Shown in pieces: positions 59,873 to 64,000 of a stretch of 64,000 bases of DNA. The translations under genes were made by a program, and so were the position numbers. The DNA is from Deltaproteobacteria bacterium. GTDB lineage: Bacteria; Bdellovibrionota_C; UBA2361; OMII01. The notes under the pieces were generated by a model. That model searched no databases. It had not been told where the DNA came from and saw only the letters and a list, made by a program, of their open reading frames with translations. How positions within the stretch are numbered: position 1 is the first letter of the stretch; each line of letters starts with the position of its first letter. The DNA is taken from assembly GCA_947488865.1 (NCBI GenBank), contig CANLCB010000001.1, positions 6,691 to 70,690 on the forward strand, written 5' to 3'.

Positions 59873-60736
59873 ATGAAGCGCGAGAAATCAAATTACATGA
59901 TCCAGTCGGTGTCTCATGCTCTCGACGTACTCGAGGAGCTTTGTAAAGCGGCTGGAGAGGTTGGCGTAACGGAGCTTTCCAAGCGCCTCAAGCTGCACAA
60001 GAACAATGTATTCCGTCTCCTCGCTACTCTTGAGTTGCGTGGCTATGTTGATCAGAACAAGGAGACTGAGGATTACCGCCTTGGTGTGAAGGCTCTCCAG
60101 ATGGGGCAGTCGTACCTCACGCAGAGTTCGCTCGTTGGTCGCGGATTGCCAATCATTAAGACTCTCTCTGAGGCTACTGGAGAGACTGTGAGCATCGCGG
60201 TTCTTCAGGCTGGTAACGTTCAGTTCCCTGTGAGCATTGAGTCGAAGCGTCCAGTAAAGGCCGCGCCTCGAATTGCTATCTCATTCCCAGCTAAGATGAA
60301 CGCGGCGGGCCGCCTTCTTACGGCACAGCTCTCTGATATGGCCCTTAATGACATCCTCGCTGGAAATACAGTTCAGGACGTCGCTATCCGAAATCAATTG
60401 GTAGAGCTCCGTTCGACAGGGCAGATCATTGATCGTGGAGCGATCGAAGCTGATGTAGTTTCGATCTGTAAGATCGTTCGTGGCAACAACAATGAAGTTG
60501 TTGGCGCAATTGAGGTCCTTGTTCCTCAGTACCGCGCTAAGATCGACGCGATTATGCCTAAGATTGAGGAGGCTGCAACTGCGCTCTCTACAGCTCTTGG
60601 CGCTACTCGTTCCACGGCTCCGACAATTGAGAAGGAGATTGTTGCCCCTTCTTCCACTCCGCAGCCAACTACTCCGCTTCCGGCAGGGACACAGCCTCAG
60701 CCGATTGCGGGCGGTGTGGCCCGAGTAATGAAGTAA
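59873..60736 (+). CDS. IclR-family transcriptional regulator with Pro/Thr-rich C-terminal tail
   Basis: 'IQSVSHALDVLEELCKAAGEVGVTELSKRLKLHKNNVFRLLATLELRGYV' HTH; IclR effector domain. Confidence 0.8.
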   Translation: MKREKSNYMIQSVSHALDVLEELCKAAGEVGVTELSKRLKLHKNNVFRLLATLELRGYVDQNKETEDYRLGVKALQMGQSYLTQSSLVGRGLPIIKTLSEATGETVSIAVLQAGNVQFPVSIESKRPVKAAPRIAISFPAKMNAAGRLLTAQLSDMALNDILAGNTVQDVAIRNQLVELRSTGQIIDRGAIEADVVSICKIVRGNNNEVVGAIEVLVPQYRAKIDAIMPKIEEAATALSTALGATRSTAPTIEKEIVAPSSTPQPTTPLPAGTQPQPIAGGVARVMK

Positions 60737-60810
60737 CTCAATAGAGTAAGCTTCTTGGGGCCCCTCACAAGGGGCCCCTTTCATTTGTGTACTAGAAAAT
60801 AGAAAGTCCT

Positions 60811-61950
60811 ATGGTTTCCTTTGGTTTGACCGAAGAGCAACAATCGCTCAAAGAGATCGCCGCTCGTTTTGCCGTGGATAAAATTCGCCCCGTGGCGGCC
60901 GCGCTTGATGAGCGCTCCGAATTTCCATCCGCCCTTATTAAGGAGGGACATAGCCTTGGTCTTATCAATCTGACTCTTCCAGCGGAGCTTGGCGGTAGTG
61001 GATTGGGGCTTTTTGACGCTTGTCTTGTTATTGAGGAGATCGCGTGGGGATGTTCAGGGTTTGCGACCTCGATGGTCGCCAATGATCTCGCGCTGACGCC
61101 TATTAGGATTGGAGCGACGGAGGATCAGAAGAAGCGATTCTTGGAGCCCGTTATTACGAGTGGGCAGCTTGCTTCCTTCTGTCTTACAGAGCCAGGCGCT
61201 GGCTCGGACGCGGCAGGTCTTCAGACTACGGTTGAGGATGGTGGCGATTGCTGGATCTTGAACGGCTCAAAGCAGTGGATCACAAACGCCGGACACGCTT
61301 CTCAGTATACGGTTTTCGCGACGCACGATCGAACAAAGCGTGCCAAGGGGATCTCATGTTTCGTAGTTCCTCGCTCTACTCCAGGTATCGAGGTTGGTCA
61401 CCACGAGAACAAGATGGGGCAGCGTTGCTCTGATACGTGTCGAGTAACCTTCGATAATGTTCGAGTTCCTAAAGATCATCTCATCGGCGCTCAGGGAGAG
61501 GGGTTTAAGATCGCGATGCAGACACTCGACGCAAGTCGTCCGCTTACAGCGGCTATCGCTGTGGGTATTGGTCGAGCCGCGCTTGAGCACGCTGTGGCGT
61601 ACTCCAAAGAGCGCAAGCAGTTCGGAAACGCGATTAGTTCCTTCCAGGGAATTCAATTTATGCTTGCCGATATGGCGACAGGAGTCGAGGCGTCTCGAAT
61701 GCTGACATGGCGGTCCGCTTGGTTGCTCGATCAGGGGAAGACAGCCTCGATCGAATCGAGCATGGCGAAGCGCCTCAGTGCTGATACCGCGATGAGTGTG
61801 GCGACTGACGCTGTACAGATTTATGGAGGGTACGGTTACACCAAGGAGTACCCTGTAGAAAAACTCATGCGAGACGCGAAGCTGCTTCAGATTTACGAAG
61901 GTACTAGTCAGGTGCAGCGTATCGTCATCGCGCGAGAGCTTCTCAAGTAA
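60811..61950 (+). CDS. acyl-CoA dehydrogenase (short/branched-chain type)
   Basis: 379 aa; 'CLTEPGAGSDAAG', C-terminal 'QIYGGYGYTKEYPVEKLMRDAKLLQIYEGTSQVQR'. Confidence 0.9.
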   Translation: MVSFGLTEEQQSLKEIAARFAVDKIRPVAAALDERSEFPSALIKEGHSLGLINLTLPAELGGSGLGLFDACLVIEEIAWGCSGFATSMVANDLALTPIRIGATEDQKKRFLEPVITSGQLASFCLTEPGAGSDAAGLQTTVEDGGDCWILNGSKQWITNAGHASQYTVFATHDRTKRAKGISCFVVPRSTPGIEVGHHENKMGQRCSDTCRVTFDNVRVPKDHLIGAQGEGFKIAMQTLDASRPLTAAIAVGIGRAALEHAVAYSKERKQFGNAISSFQGIQFMLADMATGVEASRMLTWRSAWLLDQGKTASIESSMAKRLSADTAMSVATDAVQIYGGYGYTKEYPVEKLMRDAKLLQIYEGTSQVQRIVIARELLK

Positions 61951-61965
61951 CTGGGGGAGGTTCGT

Positions 61966-62304
61966 ATGGCCGCAACGTTCGATAAAGATGGCGCGATGGA
62001 TCGGGTCGATGGAGATGTTGAGCTCTTAAAGAGCCTCATCGATATCTGCAAAGTGCAGTGCAAGTCGCGGCTGGGGGCCATGGAGAATCTTCTCAGAAAC
62101 GAAAGCATCGGCGGCATCGCCTCTCATGCGCACGCGATCAAGGGGAGCTTGGGTAATGTCGGGGCGGAGTCGGCTTCGGCGGTTGCGGCTCGACTAGAGG
62201 CTGCCGCTAAAGAGGAGGACGAAGGTGAGGTTTCCTCCCTCCTGGCATCGCTGCAAGTCGAGGTGGATGAGTTCTTCGAGGTCGCGGACGAGGAGTTGTC
62301 CTAG
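61966..62304 (+). CDS. stand-alone Hpt (histidine phosphotransfer) domain protein
   Basis: 'HAHAIKGSLGNVGAE' Hpt phospho-His motif. Confidence 0.7.
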   Translation: MAATFDKDGAMDRVDGDVELLKSLIDICKVQCKSRLGAMENLLRNESIGGIASHAHAIKGSLGNVGAESASAVAARLEAAAKEEDEGEVSSLLASLQVEVDEFFEVADEELS

Positions 62305-62429
62305 GTTGGGGGGCTCCTGTGAGGGTACTCTAGCTTGGGGCTTGTCTGGCGCGTGATAAAACCAAACCACAGCCTCTTAAAGAAGCTCCTTACGGTAGGG
62401 GTTGAGTTGATATAAGCGAAGCGGCTGCT

Positions 62430-62738
62430 TTACGCAGCGATAGCTGTCGATATCTGGCGAAGGGTTTGAACTCCTTGGCCGGTTATCTGCCATACCTTCG
62501 AGGTGAAGTCTCCCTCGGGGAATGGAGAGACCAACTTCTGTCCCTCAAGAATGAAGAGGAATCTTTGAGTCTCTTTCTCGTCACGGAGGCCGCTCAATTC
62601 AGCAATCTCGTTAATTTGGAGTCGTCGAGGCTCAACATTAAGAGCTGAAGACTCAGGCGCGAGAGCGCTCAGAATTTGAATCTGGCTGACCGAAGAGGGC
62701 GAGAGACGCTTCTTTTTGCCACCTGCTGCTGTTTCCAT
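62430..62738 (-). CDS. hypothetical protein
   Basis: 102 aa ORF, no family recognised. Confidence 0.35.
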   Translation of the reverse strand: METAAGGKKKRLSPSSVSQIQILSALAPESSALNVEPRRLQINEIAELSGLRDEKETQRFLFILEGQKLVSPFPEGDFTSKVWQITGQGVQTLRQISTAIAA

Positions 62739-62979
62739 AACTGGACCTCCTCGGGTACATCGAAATAAAGCTCTTTTGAGCGGTGCCTGAGTATACGTCC
62801 GGAGGTCGGAATAGGCAAATTCCGAGGGGGGAAAAGAGTCGTTTTTTCCGGCTCAGTTTGGCGGCACGGCATAGACGAACGGAAGGGTCAAGTTCTCGAA
62901 ATCAGGAGAAATAAAGCACCCATGAGCCCTCTTTGTGCCGTTGCTAGTTAGCGGTGCTTACGATACATAAAGGGCCAAT

Positions 62980-63582
62980 ATGGTTGATACGAAAGAAAAG
63001 GTGTCGGAGCTGCAAAGTATCCTTACCCAGGAGTGCGGCGCAGCTATCAAAGAAAGCACTGTCGAGCTCGGAGATCTTGTAGTCCGAGTGGCCCCAGAAC
63101 AGATCTTTGAGGTTCTGAAGAAGTGCAAAGAATCAAAATCATTGGGGTTCAATCTGCTCGCGGATATCACCGCGGTTGATTGGCTCGATTCTCAGCCCGA
63201 GCGGTTTGAGGTGGTGTATCAACTTTTAAGCCTCTCAAAGTTGTGGCGACTCACCGTTAAAGTTTCTCTTTCTGAGGGCAAGCCTGAATTGGCGTCGGCC
63301 GCTCCTCTTTGGAATGGAGCGAACTTTCTCGAGCGTGAAGTATTTGACATGTTCGGCATCACATTCCTAGGGCATCCAGACCTTCGTCGTATCCTTTTGT
63401 ACCCTGAGTTTGTAGGTCATCCACTTCGCAAGGACTATCCCGTTCAAGGTAAGCAACCTCGCATTCCTCTTCGCGCTCCAGAAGTTGAGAACACCGCGCG
63501 TCGAATGCTTCGCCCAGATCTCGTTACCATTCGCCCGAAGCCACGCTCGTCGAACGACAAGGAGCAATCAGCCGCCAAGTAA
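62980..63582 (+). CDS. nuoC: NADH-quinone oxidoreductase subunit C
   Basis: 'FNLLADITAVDW', 'EREVFDMFGITFLGHPDLRRIL'. Confidence 0.9.
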   Translation: MVDTKEKVSELQSILTQECGAAIKESTVELGDLVVRVAPEQIFEVLKKCKESKSLGFNLLADITAVDWLDSQPERFEVVYQLLSLSKLWRLTVKVSLSEGKPELASAAPLWNGANFLEREVFDMFGITFLGHPDLRRILLYPEFVGHPLRKDYPVQGKQPRIPLRAPEVENTARRMLRPDLVTIRPKPRSSNDKEQSAAK

Positions 63583-63621
63583 TTGGTTTCCGCGAAGCAC
63601 GCGAGGACATGTAGAGATTTT

Positions 63622-64000
63622 ATGACAGACAAGAAACTTCTAGAGGTCGATTTCGGAGTTGGTGGTATTACCACTGACATGCGACCACGCCCCCTTGGCG
63701 ATGATCTGCATTCAGACACAATGGTGGTGAATCTTGGCCCCGCGCATCCGGCGACTCACGGTACCGTCCGTATTGTCGCCGAGATGTCTGGCGAGAAGAT
63801 CGTAGATGCCGACGTTGAGGTTGGGTATCTCCACCGAGGTTTTGAGAAGATGTCCGAGACAGTGGATTACAACCAAGTAATGCCATACACCGATCGTCTG
63901 AACTACGTATCTCCCGCGATCAACAATTTCGGCTGGTGCTTGACGATTGAGAAGCTTCTCGGAATCGAGGTTCCAAAGAGAGCTCAATACATTCGAGTTC
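63622..64000 (+). CDS. nuoD: NADH-quinone oxidoreductase subunit D, 5' part (continues past window end)
   Basis: 'NLGPAHPATHGTVRIV', 'GYLHRGFEK'. Confidence 0.9.
   Translation, partial: MTDKKLLEVDFGVGGITTDMRPRPLGDDLHSDTMVVNLGPAHPATHGTVRIVAEMSGEKIVDADVEVGYLHRGFEKMSETVDYNQVMPYTDRLNYVSPAINNFGWCLTIEKLLGIEVPKRAQYIRV

Overview
The window is a gene-dense chromosomal segment from a Gram-negative bacterium (TonB-dependent receptor, porin-like OMP, lipoproteins, NuoC/NuoD). Protein content (secreted S1/S8 proteases with Thr/Pro linkers, futalosine-type MqnB, DUF1844-like protein) loosely suggests a Bdellovibrio/delta-proteobacteria-like predator, but the taxon cannot be fixed from sequence alone. Core content: a tRNA(CAU) gene on the minus strand, RNase P RNA (rnpB, plus strand, missed by the ORF track), and a complete shikimate/chorismate pathway in one minus-strand operon (chorismate mutase–prephenate dehydratase–DAHP synthase fusion, aroB, aroA, aroK, aroE, aroD, aroC). 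Further housekeeping genes: hflX, tsaD, rsmA, ligA, gltX, efp, greA, dnaG, rpoD, dapA, dapB, an acyl-CoA dehydrogenase, nuoC and partial nuoD. Regulatory RNA and structure: a TPP riboswitch directly upstream of a TonB-dependent receptor, and several clear intrinsic terminators. Unusual material: (i) a triplicated ~167-bp tandem unit, each copy carrying the 3' ~26 nt of the tRNA (att-site-like scars), next to the tRNA; (ii) a Phe-codon-rich 79-codon uORF plus terminator hairpins in the leader of the aromatic amino-acid operon; (iii) an accessory-looking block at 43.3–48.3 kb, described next; (iv) a methyltransferase-like protein paired with a CbiA-family amidotransferase; (v) several large perfect inverted repeats in intergenic regions. 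Block (iii) holds two divergent paralogous 3-TM membrane proteins of unknown family, each followed by a co-varying structured terminator and preceded by shared upstream motifs, transcribed divergently from a WYL-domain regulator, plus a frameshifted DUF465 small ORF with a perfect palindromic operator. No CRISPR array, rRNA, transposase or integrase was found inside the window.
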